A stretch of 64,000 bases of DNA from an uncultured Poribacteria bacterium (GTDB lineage: Bacteria > Poribacteria > WGA-4E > WGA-3G): contig CATQHZ020000001.1 of NCBI GenBank assembly GCA_958296135.2, forward strand, positions 1,408,001 to 1,472,000, written 5' to 3'. Shown piece by piece: positions 48,877 to 58,934 of the stretch. The notes under the pieces were generated by a model, which saw nothing but the letters and a program-made list of their open reading frames with translations, had not been told where the DNA came from and did not search any database. Position 1 is the first letter of the stretch, and every line of letters starts with the position of its first letter. The position numbers and the translations under genes were made by a program.

Positions 48877-48979
48877 TAGGTTCTCCTCATTTTCTGCGGA
48901 CTATCTGCGGTAGGCGAGTTTTGAAAGCGCGCCTACCGGGGTTGTTTCTCCGTAAGGCATGGAACGCATTGGCTCGGGC

Positions 48980-50623
48980 CTAACGGTGTTTTGTCTTCGG
49001 TTCAAGCACAACGCACGGCAAGATCATCTCTTCGAGTGAGATGCCGCCGTGTTGGAAGCTGCCGAGGAAGCGTTCCTGATAGTCCTTAAACTGCGGTTCG
49101 TAAACGAAATAGTGTTCTTCTTTGGCGGCGATGTAGTGCTTCCCTTCTGCTTCGCCGGGTAACTGATACGCCGCCGGGTTTTTTATCAGCATGCTGGCTT
49201 CGGGTGCGCATTGGATATTTTTCCCCTCTTTGAACCTGAGCCCGGCGGTGAGTTTGTGTCGGCTTGATATTTTCGCGGCGTTTTGACACAGCACTGAACC
49301 GTGGTCGGAAGTTAAGACGACAGTGATGCCGCGTTCCGCCACCATTCGTAGCATTCTGTAAAGCGATGAATGCTGAAACCACGCTTGTATGAGTGTCCGG
49401 AACGCTGCTTCATCAGGGATAAGCTGCTGCAGCACCGCTACTTCACTGCGGGTGTGTGTCAACATATCCAAGAAATCGACGACTAACGCCGCGAGGCTAA
49501 TCTGTTGGACCTCGGTTAGCCAGTCAAGGTAGTGCTTCTCCCCGCGCGCGTCAAAAATTTTGAAGTAGTGCGGCGGAGGTTTGAGCAGTATGCCGTGCCG
49601 TTCTAGTTGCAAGCGCATGAGCTCCTTCTCATAGCGGTTTGTGCTGATTTGCGGTTCAGGCGAAGCGGGTGCTTCGCGCGATTCGTCCCGGCACAACTCT
49701 GGGTGCCTCTCCACCAATTCAAGCGGAAACAGTCCACTGAAAATGGCGTTCCGCGCGTAACGGGTGGCAGTCGGCACGATGGAGTAGTAGTAATCTTTCG
49801 TGATGTGAAACATCGGATAGAGCATCGGTTCAATTTTCAGCCACTGATCCAAGCGCATGCAGTCGATAATAACGAACAGCACCTGTTTGCCGGCTTGGAT
49901 TTGGGGGAGGACCGACTTGTAAAAGACATCCACGGATAAGGTGGGTGAATCTTCGCCGGCGAGCCAGTGAGTGTAAGTGTTTTGAATATAGTCGGCGAAC
50001 GCGATGTTTGCCTCGCGCTGCTCTATGGCATGGATGGCCTTGAGTTCGTCCGCGTTTTGAAGCGCGTCCAATTTGAGTTCCCACTCCACGAGATGGACGT
50101 AAGTATCCACCCATTCGTGCCAGGTGCTGCGCTGCGGTTGTTTTGAAGTCGGCGCGTTTTGTTCGTGCAATAGGATTGGGGGCCGCACGCCTGCATGCTG
50201 TCTCTGAAAATCGTTGGCGTATGCTTGCGGTGTGTGTGCCTCGCGCATCGTCTCCTTTTCAAGCAGGAACGTGAGGGCGGCCGCGAGTTGCTTAGGGCTC
50301 CCCGGCCTAAATAGCACTTCGTCAGCCTCGTGTAGGCTGGCGTGCAACCTTGCACCGTTTTCGCCTTCGTCCGTTATGAGGACGATAGGAATGTGCGCGT
50401 CTTCCCGCCGGATGTGTGAGAGCAGCTGGTTCCCGTTTTGCGTCGGTATCTCGGGATTCAGCAGCACCGCGTCATACATCCAATCCTTGAGCAAATCGAT
50501 GCCTTCTTCGGCGTTGTCTGTCAAGGAGACATCATACCCTTCGTATGCTAAAAATCGGACGTAGGGTTTCAGTTCAGAAATCACGTTATCAATCCACAGA
50601 ATCCTTCCTCTTTTTTCTTTCAT
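48980..50623 (-). CDS. PorX-like receiver + PglZ (alkaline phosphatase superfamily) protein
   Basis: CheY-like N-terminus; IIDCMRLDQW, PTATRYARNAIFSG, DMLTH, TSDHG, FQHGGISLEEM. Confidence 0.85.
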   Translation of the reverse strand: MKEKRGRILWIDNVISELKPYVRFLAYEGYDVSLTDNAEEGIDLLKDWMYDAVLLNPEIPTQNGNQLLSHIRREDAHIPIVLITDEGENGARLHASLHEADEVLFRPGSPKQLAAALTFLLEKETMREAHTPQAYANDFQRQHAGVRPPILLHEQNAPTSKQPQRSTWHEWVDTYVHLVEWELKLDALQNADELKAIHAIEQREANIAFADYIQNTYTHWLAGEDSPTLSVDVFYKSVLPQIQAGKQVLFVIIDCMRLDQWLKIEPMLYPMFHITKDYYYSIVPTATRYARNAIFSGLFPLELVERHPELCRDESREAPASPEPQISTNRYEKELMRLQLERHGILLKPPPHYFKIFDARGEKHYLDWLTEVQQISLAALVVDFLDMLTHTRSEVAVLQQLIPDEAAFRTLIQAWFQHSSLYRMLRMVAERGITVVLTSDHGSVLCQNAAKISSRHKLTAGLRFKEGKNIQCAPEASMLIKNPAAYQLPGEAEGKHYIAAKEEHYFVYEPQFKDYQERFLGSFQHGGISLEEMILPCVVLEPKTKHR

Positions 50624-50736
50624 GATAGTTCTCCTTTCTTTTTACTGCCTCGCGTTTGACAGCGTCAAGGCTGGCACGGGAGCGTTCTCTGCGCAATGAT
50701 TATGAATTGTAAGGGCGGATTTTTATCTCTGTCCGT

Positions 50737-52032
50737 TTAGATACCCGACACGAAACGCCCTGGGTTAAACAAGCTGCCTGCGTCAAATCGCGCTTTAACC
50801 TGCTTCATCAAGCCGAGTGTGCGGCCTTCAACGGGCCCCCAAACGTCAATCTGCTGTTTCAGTTCAGGCGAAGCAGATTCTATGATGAGACTTCCGTGTG
50901 ATTTCACTGCACGTTCACGCAGGTTTGCCAGCGTATCAAGTATCCCCTTAACCTCTTCCATTTTGAGGTAGAACACGCCGCTGCCTAGCAACGCCATCAT
51001 CTCCCTGGTTTCTGCCAGCGCGCCCTCGGCAAATTCGGCGATGTCTGTCCGTTTTAGGTTCATCTTCACGATGATAGAGGAATCGCCTTCGGCTTCCGGA
51101 AATGCCTGAATGGCATCATTGAGTTGTTGGCGCGATTCACCTTCTATTTCTTTCACACCTATCCCGCCATTTTGTTCCATAATTCTGCGAGTCTGGGCTA
51201 GTTGCCACGTTACGGTTTCTGCCTCGCCGCCGAACCCTACCACTAGCGTCGGACAGCGCGCCTCTACGCAAGCAAGTCGTGAATGGACAACGAGGTTGAC
51301 AAAATCCGGCAGTGTTTGTGAACCGACAACACTGAAACCCGCTTTGGCTGCTGCCTGCATGTCCTGAAATTGCGCGGTGAGTATCGCCTGCCGCGGCGGA
51401 ATCGGGGACAATTTGAGCGTCACTTCGGTGAGGATACCGAGCGTGCCGAGAGAACCGATATAGAGTTTATTCAAATCATAGCCGGCAACATTTTTCACCA
51501 CCTTGCCGCCGCTTTTGACAACGGTGCCGCTTGCATGCACCACGCGCAATCCCAAGACGAGGTTTCTGGCAGTCCCATAATGGAGACGTAAGGCGCCGCT
51601 CGTATTTGTCGCGACAATCCCGCCGAGGGTGCATCGCGATGCATAGGGGGGATTTAGCGGAAGAAACTGGCCATTTTCGGCTAGCCTTTCTTGCAGGGCA
51701 GCTAACCGAATGCCTGCCTCCACGGTAACGGTGAGATCAGCTGGTTCGTATTCTACCACCTCGTTGATGCGCGTCATCGCCAACACGATGTCTACTTTCT
51801 CAGGAGGGTTTCCACTCCGAAGTTTTGAGCCGCTCCCGGCGGGGATTACAGATAGATGCTGGGCGGCAGCGAGGCGGAGGATATCTTGTATTTCTCCAAC
51901 CGATGCGGGCAAAACGACGGATTTTGGCGTTAATCCATCGATAGTGTAGTCTGCGATTTGCGCGTCTGGCAGCATGCCGGATTCTCCGACGATGCGTCTC
52001 AGTTCATCGTGCAATGCGTCTGAGTTTGACAT
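50737..52032 (-). CDS. glcE: Glycolate oxidase FAD-binding subunit GlcE-like
   Basis: Motifs EYEPADLTVTVEAG, GGKVVKNVAGYDL.KL..GS.GTLG, KARFD....FNPGRF. Confidence 0.85.
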   Translation of the reverse strand: MSNSDALHDELRRIVGESGMLPDAQIADYTIDGLTPKSVVLPASVGEIQDILRLAAAQHLSVIPAGSGSKLRSGNPPEKVDIVLAMTRINEVVEYEPADLTVTVEAGIRLAALQERLAENGQFLPLNPPYASRCTLGGIVATNTSGALRLHYGTARNLVLGLRVVHASGTVVKSGGKVVKNVAGYDLNKLYIGSLGTLGILTEVTLKLSPIPPRQAILTAQFQDMQAAAKAGFSVVGSQTLPDFVNLVVHSRLACVEARCPTLVVGFGGEAETVTWQLAQTRRIMEQNGGIGVKEIEGESRQQLNDAIQAFPEAEGDSSIIVKMNLKRTDIAEFAEGALAETREMMALLGSGVFYLKMEEVKGILDTLANLRERAVKSHGSLIIESASPELKQQIDVWGPVEGRTLGLMKQVKARFDAGSLFNPGRFVSGI

Positions 52033-52087
52033 ATTTTACTATTCCCTCCTCGGGTAAATTGATTGCTGTCGGACGTGTTGTGTAGGT

Positions 52088-52387
52088 TTATTCGCTGGAT
52101 TTCTCCTCAATAAACCTGATTTCCAGTCCTCTTACTGTTGTTCCCCCCGGGCTAGCGTCACTTTCCGTTGCAGCGAATGCGTGGCCCGGTAGTTTCTCGA
52201 GAGCTTCCACGCGCTGTTCGAGGGAAGAAAGGCGATTGTTCACATTTTCCTTCAGAACAGAGAGCGCGCGATTCATTTCACCGAACTTGCGAACTATCCA
52301 GTTTATGCCGCCTACGGCGGCAATAAGTAGGGTGGTTGCAGCACCTATGACTCCACCTACCCCCGCGCCTATCACTGTCTCCATCAT
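52088..52387 (-). CDS. Hypothetical single-TM coiled-coil protein
   Basis: Gly-rich hydrophobic N-terminus followed by a heptad pattern; overlaps the upstream ORF. Confidence 0.55.
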   Translation of the reverse strand: MMETVIGAGVGGVIGAATTLLIAAVGGINWIVRKFGEMNRALSVLKENVNNRLSSLEQRVEALEKLPGHAFAATESDASPGGTTVRGLEIRFIEEKSSE

Positions 52388-52719
52388 GTGGTTTTTCCGC
52401 CGAGATTGAGGTTCTCAAAGAGGATACCTAGGCGGCGCGTCCAATAATTTCCGGATTTACTTCCAAGGTAGTCAAACCGATTATCGGTGCTCCAGCCGCT
52501 AACATCTGTCCCCAATTTCTGGCTTAACGCGCCAGCAAGCGAGTCGAGAAACTCTTGATAGTTCTGGGCAGAAATGATAGGAATCCGGCCTGCCTCACTG
52601 AGGACAATGGTGAGCAAAAACTCATTGTCCTTCACGTGTTCAATAGAGCCGATTTCAACCTTGCCACGAAGCATTTCGCGGATTGCATCCGTGGCCTCGG
52701 CTTTGGAATAGGTTTTCAT
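52384..52719 (-). CDS. Hypothetical protein
   Basis: 111-aa ORF co-oriented between glcD and glcE; its 3' end provides a GGA RBS for the next ORF. Confidence 0.55.
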   Translation of the reverse strand: MKTYSKAEATDAIREMLRGKVEIGSIEHVKDNEFLLTIVLSEAGRIPIISAQNYQEFLDSLAGALSQKLGTDVSGWSTDNRFDYLGSKSGNYWTRRLGILFENLNLGGKTT

Positions 52720-52755
52720 TTGAAACTTCCTGGTTGCGCGCCTGCACGGGCGCGC

Positions 52756-54180
52756 CTACGATAATTCGGGTTGCAAACCCAGTTTCGCGTAAGATTCCGC
52801 TGTCGGGAAAATCTTGCCGGGATTGCAGAGTCCTGTCGGATTAAAAATGTCCTTCACCGTCTCCATTACCTGCAAGTCGGCCTGGCTGAAGATGAGTGGC
52901 ATATAGTCCATCTTTTCAACGCCGATGCCGTGCTCGCCGGTGATGGTTCCACCCACTTCGGCGCAAACGGAGAGTATCTCCATATTGACATGTTCGACTC
53001 GCTCACACTGGTCTGCGTCGCGTTCATTGAAGAGCACGATAGGGTGGATATTCCCATCGCCTGCGTGGAAAACGTTCGCGATAGGAATCTGATACTTCTC
53101 GGAGATTTCGGAGATTCTGCGGAGCACCTTCGGCAGCCTTGTGCGCGGCACGACACCGTCTTGTGTGATATAATTCGGGGCGAGCCTACCGAATGAACCG
53201 AACGCGCTTTTCCGCGCCTTCCAGAGTTGCTGGCGTTCCGCGTCGTCTTTGGCGTAGTTCACATCCCGCGCGTTGTGTTGCTTAAAGATTTCCAGCATCC
53301 GATCGGTTTGGTTCTGCATTCCTGCCTCGATGCCGTCAAGTTCCACAATAAGAATCGCCTCTGCATCCAGCGGGAAACCGAACTGAAACGCCTCTTCTAG
53401 CGCGCGAATGACGAGCCTATCCATCATCTCTAGTGCGGCGGGAATGATGCCCGCGCCGATAATGGTTGAGACAGCGTTGGAAGCATCGTCCATCGTTTCA
53501 AAGACAGCGAGTGCGGTTTGATATGCCTGCGGATTGCGGGTGAGGCGCACTACTGCTTTCGTCACTATACCGAAGGTGCCTTCAGAGCCGATCATCACGC
53601 CGCGTAAATCGTAGCCCGGTGTCTCCTCAACGACGCCGCCGAGTTCAATAATCTCGCCATCGGGTAGCACCACTTCCAGTCCTAACACGTGGTCTGAAGT
53701 AACGCCGTATTTGAGCGTGTGCGGGCCGCCGGAGTTCTCCGCGATGTTGCCGCCGATGGTGCACGCTTTTTGACTGGACGGGTCCGGCGCGTAGTGGTAA
53801 CCTTGGTTTTGCACTGCATGCGTGAGCAACAGGTTTACCACGCCGGGCTCCACGACAGTGCGTTCGTTTTCGTAGTCGATTTCCAAGATGCGGTTCATCC
53901 GATTGAGCGCGATGATGATGCCGCCTTGCACTGAGAGCATCCCACCGCTCAATCCGGTGCCGCCGCCGCGCGCGATGAACGGCGTGTCGTGCTTGTTCGC
54001 TAGTTTCACGATGTCCGATACCTGCTGCGCGGTGTCTGCGAAGACGACGACATCAGGCATTGCCTTAAACGAGGGCGCGGCATCGCATTCGTAGACTGAC
54101 AGCGCGGTCGCGTCCGTTAAAACGTTTTTGGAACCGAGTAAATCGGAGAGTTCCGCAATGAGTTGTTCTTTATAGGGCAT
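52756..54180 (-). CDS. glcD: Glycolate oxidase subunit GlcD (FAD-linked oxidase)
   Basis: Motifs ARGGGTGLSGG, YAPDPSSQKACTIGGNIAENSGGPH.LKYGVT, HAGDGNIHP, TGEHGIG.EK, NPGKIFP. Confidence 0.92.
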   Translation of the reverse strand: MPYKEQLIAELSDLLGSKNVLTDATALSVYECDAAPSFKAMPDVVVFADTAQQVSDIVKLANKHDTPFIARGGGTGLSGGMLSVQGGIIIALNRMNRILEIDYENERTVVEPGVVNLLLTHAVQNQGYHYAPDPSSQKACTIGGNIAENSGGPHTLKYGVTSDHVLGLEVVLPDGEIIELGGVVEETPGYDLRGVMIGSEGTFGIVTKAVVRLTRNPQAYQTALAVFETMDDASNAVSTIIGAGIIPAALEMMDRLVIRALEEAFQFGFPLDAEAILIVELDGIEAGMQNQTDRMLEIFKQHNARDVNYAKDDAERQQLWKARKSAFGSFGRLAPNYITQDGVVPRTRLPKVLRRISEISEKYQIPIANVFHAGDGNIHPIVLFNERDADQCERVEHVNMEILSVCAEVGGTITGEHGIGVEKMDYMPLIFSQADLQVMETVKDIFNPTGLCNPGKIFPTAESYAKLGLQPELS

Positions 54181-54213
54181 AATTGTTTTTTCCTTATCGT
54201 AGACGTTACATTT

Positions 54214-54242
54214 AGTTTACCATAATTTTCGTTTTCTGTCAA
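54214..54242 (-). promoter_or_regulatory. Sigma70-type promoter for glcD
   Basis: Minus strand TTGACA-17 bp-TAAACT. Confidence 0.65.
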
Positions 54243-54244
54243 AG

Positions 54245-54280
54245 ACAAGAGCAGCGTCAAACGGCTGACGCTGCTCTTGT
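54245..54280. terminator. Perfect 15-bp hairpin, probable terminator
   Basis: ACAAGAGCAGCGTCA-aacggc-TGACGCTGCTCTTGT. Confidence 0.6.
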
Positions 54281-54486
54281 TCTGGCACTTGTATAGAAAC
54301 GCGTCTACAGTGACAACATATTTGCCGTGTTCTGACGCGTGGATTGCATCTCCCACCTATGAACGTTCATCCCCGTTGTGGAAGAGAGGGGATCCGCCGG
54401 TTCCGGTGCCGCCGGTTTAGGGCTGTCAAAGAACTGCCCCATTTGATGTCAAAATTGCCCCTTTGCATTTTGTTTTCCTCCTCATT

Positions 54487-54729
54487 TTAGTTACGGTAAG
54501 TCCAGAAACGTATAAGGATGAATCCTGTCAGAAAAAGCCAGAATGCGAATCCCTGGCGGGGTTTCACCATTGAGAATTTGTTCCTCTTCCGCTGCAGAAA
54601 CGCCGGCACCGACAAGAATCTCGCTACCAACAGCGTGAATGTCACCATTTTCCACGGAACGCCCTCGGTTTCACCGATGTCCCTCTTTACCCATAACAGG
54701 ATAAAAATTACCCACTCCCCCATCAGCAC
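54487..54729 (-). CDS. Small hypothetical membrane protein
   Basis: Three hydrophobic segments; start uncertain. Confidence 0.4.
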   Translation of the reverse strand: MLMGEWVIFILLWVKRDIGETEGVPWKMVTFTLLVARFLSVPAFLQRKRNKFSMVKPRQGFAFWLFLTGFILIRFWTYRN

Positions 54730-54826
54730 CGCGCGCCGTTTCGGCGTAATGTGATTTCATCCCGAACATTTTTCCTTTGCATCACGTTTAACAATATGCT
54801 ATAATAGATTTAAAGGAGGTTTCGTT

Positions 54827-55564
54827 ATGAAAAAGTCTATGATATGCATCATCGGTATCCTGATGGTGGGATTCGCCGGTGCGGTGTCCGCCGCTGTCTG
54901 GACGGATCCGTTTGATGGGAACGAACTTGTTGAGGACTGGGAATTCCGGGACCACAATAACAAGCAGACGCAGTATGAAGTCAAGGATGGCTTCTTACGG
55001 ATGACGAATCCCGGCAACTGGGGGCATACTACGCCAGATAAACCGATGCTGGAACGTGAAATCCCGAAGAGTGCCGCGAAAAATATCACGGTAAGCGGGA
55101 TTTTCTCCTCAGAACCGGATAAACCGGCGGACGCGTGGATTGGGATTTTCCTCTACAGTGACGAAGATTTGAACTATGCCTGTCTGCTGTTTGGCGGTGA
55201 GGCGAATCAACTACAGAAAACGCTCATCGGCAGCATGGTGCAAGCCAATTGGCAGGACAAGGGACATTTCCAGACAGGGTTTGATGTCCCGCTGCATTTG
55301 AAAATCGTCAAAGAGGATGACCTTTTTTCCGGTTACTATCGCGAGAACGAGAAGGATGAGTGGGTGCTCTCCGGCGAGAAAACGTGGAACCATAAGTTTA
55401 ATGTTGAACGCGTCGGCATCGGCTTCATGAACAACTGGGGAGGCCAGACCGTTACCTTCCTTGTGGATACGCTTTCTGTTGAAGGCGAAGGCATTGAGCC
55501 GCTGGCAGTTGCACCCGAAGGGAAACTCACCACAACGTGGGGGCGCGTCAAAGCGGCGCAATAG
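54827..55564 (+). CDS. Secreted beta-sandwich (LamG/DUF1349-like) protein with a KLTTTWG.K C-terminal motif
   Basis: AAAGGAGG RBS, signal peptide, C-terminus LAVAPEGKLTTTWGRVKAAQ. Confidence 0.75.
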   Translation: MKKSMICIIGILMVGFAGAVSAAVWTDPFDGNELVEDWEFRDHNNKQTQYEVKDGFLRMTNPGNWGHTTPDKPMLEREIPKSAAKNITVSGIFSSEPDKPADAWIGIFLYSDEDLNYACLLFGGEANQLQKTLIGSMVQANWQDKGHFQTGFDVPLHLKIVKEDDLFSGYYRENEKDEWVLSGEKTWNHKFNVERVGIGFMNNWGGQTVTFLVDTLSVEGEGIEPLAVAPEGKLTTTWGRVKAAQ

Positions 55565-55712
55565 CAATCAACTCACGGGCGGACATGGGTTTCTTGTAGC
55601 CGTGGCCGCCCTTCTATCCGAAAAAATAGACACATTGCCTCTGTCCAAAACACCATGCCGATAAAACCTCGTTAGAGATACAATGTTTGTAGAGGAGGAA
55701 AATATACCCAAA

Positions 55713-58700
55713 ATGTCGATTCCAAAAATGTCAGTCAACAATCCGGTGCTGGCGAACATGCTGATGCTGCTCATCATCGTTTTCGGCGTGTATGCTTGGA
55801 TAAGCCTGCCGCGCGAGCTCACCCCGGAAATCGCTTTGCAGACAGCGACTGTCGCGACGCTCTATCCAGGTGCTTCGCCGGAAGAAGTGGAAAAACTCGT
55901 GACAGCTCCTATTGAAGAGGTAATCGAAGAAAACGTCAGCAAAATCAACCTCATGCTTTCCACCTCATCGGAAGGCCGCTCCTTCATCTCTGTCGATTTT
56001 GAAGAAATGAGCGACCGGGATTTTGATAAGCAGCTCCAAAACCTCCGTGCAGCGGTTGAACAGGTGAACGAACTGCCGGATGAGATTTTAGACGAACCGA
56101 AGGTTGTTGAGTTAGATATCTCCGCTGGTTTTCCGATGTTGACGGTAGTTATCGGCGGCAGTATTTCCGAGTCGCGGATGCGGACTATTGCTGAGAATCT
56201 AAAGGATGAAATCCTAGACATCAAGAACATCGCATCCGTGCAGATAGCCGGTCTTCGCGAAAGGGAGATCTGGATAGAGGTGGATGCTGATAAACTCAAG
56301 GCATATCAACTACCCATTGCGGCTGTTGGGGTTGCACTTAGTACGAGCAATTTGAACATGCCTGCGGGGACTATCGAAATCGGGACAGCGGCGCGGACGA
56401 TGGAATATATGGTTCGCACGATGGGCGAATTTCCTAGCCCGGATACCATCGGCGACACCATTATCAGTGTGCAGCCTACTGGCACGCCGTTGCGCTTGCG
56501 CGATGTCGCCACGGTTTCGGATACTTACGAGAAGGCACGCACGCTCTCCCGCATCAATGGCCAACCGTCTATCAGCCTGAGCGTGCAAAAAAAGAGTGAG
56601 GGGAACACGATCAAGTTGGTGGCGCAGTTGCGCGAGTTGGTAAAGCAACGAGAAGCAGAGCTCCCTGAGGGCGCGGAGTTAAAGGCGGTTAACGATTATT
56701 CGGTTATCCTGAAGGAGCGGTTAGGCATTCTGGAGACGAACGCGCTTTTTGGCTTGGGACTTGTCGTGCTGATGCTGTTCGTTTTTATCGGTTGGCGGAA
56801 TGCGCTGTTCGCCGCTTTGGGTATTCCGGTAGCGTTCATGGCGACGTTTTGGTTTATGCTGATGACAGGTTATACGCTGAGTGGTGTGGCGCTGTTTGGG
56901 CTTATCTTAGTCGTCGGTATCGTTGTGGATGATGCCATCGTCGTGATAGAGAATATTTATCGGCATATTCAGGCGGGTGTTTCCCCGAAAGCCGCGGCGA
57001 TTCGCGGTGCGGAGGAAGTCGGTTGGCCGGTAGTCGCCGCCAGTCTGACAACCATCGGTGCGTTCGGGCCGCTTATGTTCATGTCCGGTGTTCCTGGCCA
57101 ATTTATGCGGATTGTGCCAATCATGGCGATTCTCGTGCTGCTTGCTTCGCTTTTTGAGGTGTTCGTTATCTTGCCGGCGCACGTTGCTGAGTGGGGTAAA
57201 GCGGAGCACCGAGAAACACGTTCCAACCGATGGTTTGATGTTATCCGGTACCGCTATATCAAAATCCTGAAAGCCACTATTCGGTGGCGGTATGTGTTCG
57301 TCGGGATTGTGCTTCTGGTTGGGTTAATTACGTGCGTCAGTGCGTTTTTCGTTCTTGACAAGGAGCTCTTCCCCGGTGAGGATTTCCCGCAATTTTATCT
57401 CAAAGCGGAGATGCCGCCTAGTTACGGTGTCCAGGAGACAACTGATGTCATTGCACAGTTAGAAGATGTTGTCAAAGGGCTTCCGTCAACGGAGCTCGCG
57501 GCTATCGTCAGCAACATCGGTTTGCATACGCCGACATCGGGCGGCATGGAGAGCGTTACCTACGGTGCTAATTTGGGGGAAATCATTATTGAACTTACCC
57601 CGAAAACGGAGCGTGCCCGGAGCGTTGATGAAGTCATCGCCGCGTTGCGAAGGGACACGGCGCGAATTAGCGGTATCGAGAAGCTGAATTACGTCACATT
57701 GGAAGGCGGGCCGCCGCAGGGCCAAGACGTTGAAGTAAAAGTCAAGGGCCCGCGTTTTGATAAACTGATGGAGCTCGCCGATGTGCTGAAAGCCGAGTTG
57801 GATGACATGGACGGCGTTTACGATGTCCGGGACGATTTTCGTGTTGGGAAGTCCGAGTTGCGGATTTACCTGAAGTCGGAAAAAGCGTATCAATACGGGT
57901 TAACGACGCTCCAGATTGCGCAAACCGTGCGGACGGCTATTGAAGGTGCCAAAGCGACGACGTATCGGGAGGCGGACGAGGCGATAGATGTCATTGTCAA
58001 ATACGATGAGGAGAGCCTCAAAACTTTCGACGCGCTCAATAACTTGCTGATTGCGACACCGACCGGGGTGATTGTCCCACTCAAGGATGTTGCCGAGATT
58101 GTGGAGGAGAGAGGCTATTCCGATATCCGCCGCTTTGATGGTGAACGCGCCATCACTGTGTATGCCTCCGTAGATACCTCCAAAACGAATGCCGTGAAAG
58201 TGAATGAGACACTCATCAGCGCGTTCACGGATAGGGAATCCCTGTATCCGGGCTATCGGCTCGATTTCCGCGGTGTTTTTGACGAGATTCGGGATTCGTT
58301 CTCGGAGTTGTGGAAGTTGTTTATCGTTGGGCTTCTCCTCATCTATGTGGTGCTCGGGGCGCAATTCAAGTCATTTACGCAGCCGATTATCATCCTGTTT
58401 GCCGTTCCGTTTGGGATGATAGGGGCGATGGTAGGGTTGCTTCTTGCGAATGCGACGCTCAGCATGGTTGCGATGTTCGGCATTGTTGCGCTTGCCGGCA
58501 TCGTCGTGAACGATTCGATCGTCCTCATTGATTTCATCAACAAGTATCGGGGGCTCGGCTACAACAAGTGGTATGCGATTCTGAAAGGCGGCAGCGTCCG
58601 GCTGCGTCCGATTATCTTGACTTCGATGACGACGATTTTCGGTCTGGTGCCGATGGCCCTCGGCCTCGGCGGCAAATCTCCTATCTGGATGCCGATGGCG

Positions 58701-58874
58701 AACACCATCATTTTCGGCCTGGCTCTCGCGACGACGATGACGTTGTTTGTGATGCCGGCGTTGTATGCGATTAACATCGATCTGCGTGGGCTCTTTTTTA
58801 AGGGAGAGGAGCGGGTTTCGGCGGCGGCTGTTGATGTGCCGGGGGTAGGTGAGGCGGTTCTTGCAGGAGATTAG
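55713..58874 (+). CDS. RND efflux transporter permease (AcrB family)
   Basis: Motifs YPGASPEEVEKLVT.PIE, GIVVDDAIVVIEN, GIVVNDSIVLIDF, RLRPIILTS.TT. Confidence 0.95.
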   Translation: MSIPKMSVNNPVLANMLMLLIIVFGVYAWISLPRELTPEIALQTATVATLYPGASPEEVEKLVTAPIEEVIEENVSKINLMLSTSSEGRSFISVDFEEMSDRDFDKQLQNLRAAVEQVNELPDEILDEPKVVELDISAGFPMLTVVIGGSISESRMRTIAENLKDEILDIKNIASVQIAGLREREIWIEVDADKLKAYQLPIAAVGVALSTSNLNMPAGTIEIGTAARTMEYMVRTMGEFPSPDTIGDTIISVQPTGTPLRLRDVATVSDTYEKARTLSRINGQPSISLSVQKKSEGNTIKLVAQLRELVKQREAELPEGAELKAVNDYSVILKERLGILETNALFGLGLVVLMLFVFIGWRNALFAALGIPVAFMATFWFMLMTGYTLSGVALFGLILVVGIVVDDAIVVIENIYRHIQAGVSPKAAAIRGAEEVGWPVVAASLTTIGAFGPLMFMSGVPGQFMRIVPIMAILVLLASLFEVFVILPAHVAEWGKAEHRETRSNRWFDVIRYRYIKILKATIRWRYVFVGIVLLVGLITCVSAFFVLDKELFPGEDFPQFYLKAEMPPSYGVQETTDVIAQLEDVVKGLPSTELAAIVSNIGLHTPTSGGMESVTYGANLGEIIIELTPKTERARSVDEVIAALRRDTARISGIEKLNYVTLEGGPPQGQDVEVKVKGPRFDKLMELADVLKAELDDMDGVYDVRDDFRVGKSELRIYLKSEKAYQYGLTTLQIAQTVRTAIEGAKATTYREADEAIDVIVKYDEESLKTFDALNNLLIATPTGVIVPLKDVAEIVEERGYSDIRRFDGERAITVYASVDTSKTNAVKVNETLISAFTDRESLYPGYRLDFRGVFDEIRDSFSELWKLFIVGLLLIYVVLGAQFKSFTQPIIILFAVPFGMIGAMVGLLLANATLSMVAMFGIVALAGIVVNDSIVLIDFINKYRGLGYNKWYAILKGGSVRLRPIILTSMTTIFGLVPMALGLGGKSPIWMPMANTIIFGLALATTMTLFVMPALYAINIDLRGLFFKGEERVSAAAVDVPGVGEAVLAGD

Positions 58875-58934
58875 CGTCGGGTTTATGCGAATGCATCGAT
58901 GTTGTTCTGCGTTAGGCTTGTAGAGGGCTAGAAA

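Noticed and set aside
54281-54480. Possible 6S/SRP-like ncRNA or RBS-led 33-aa ORF
   Set aside because: No diagnostic motif or convincing fold by eye; needs an Infernal/Rfam search.
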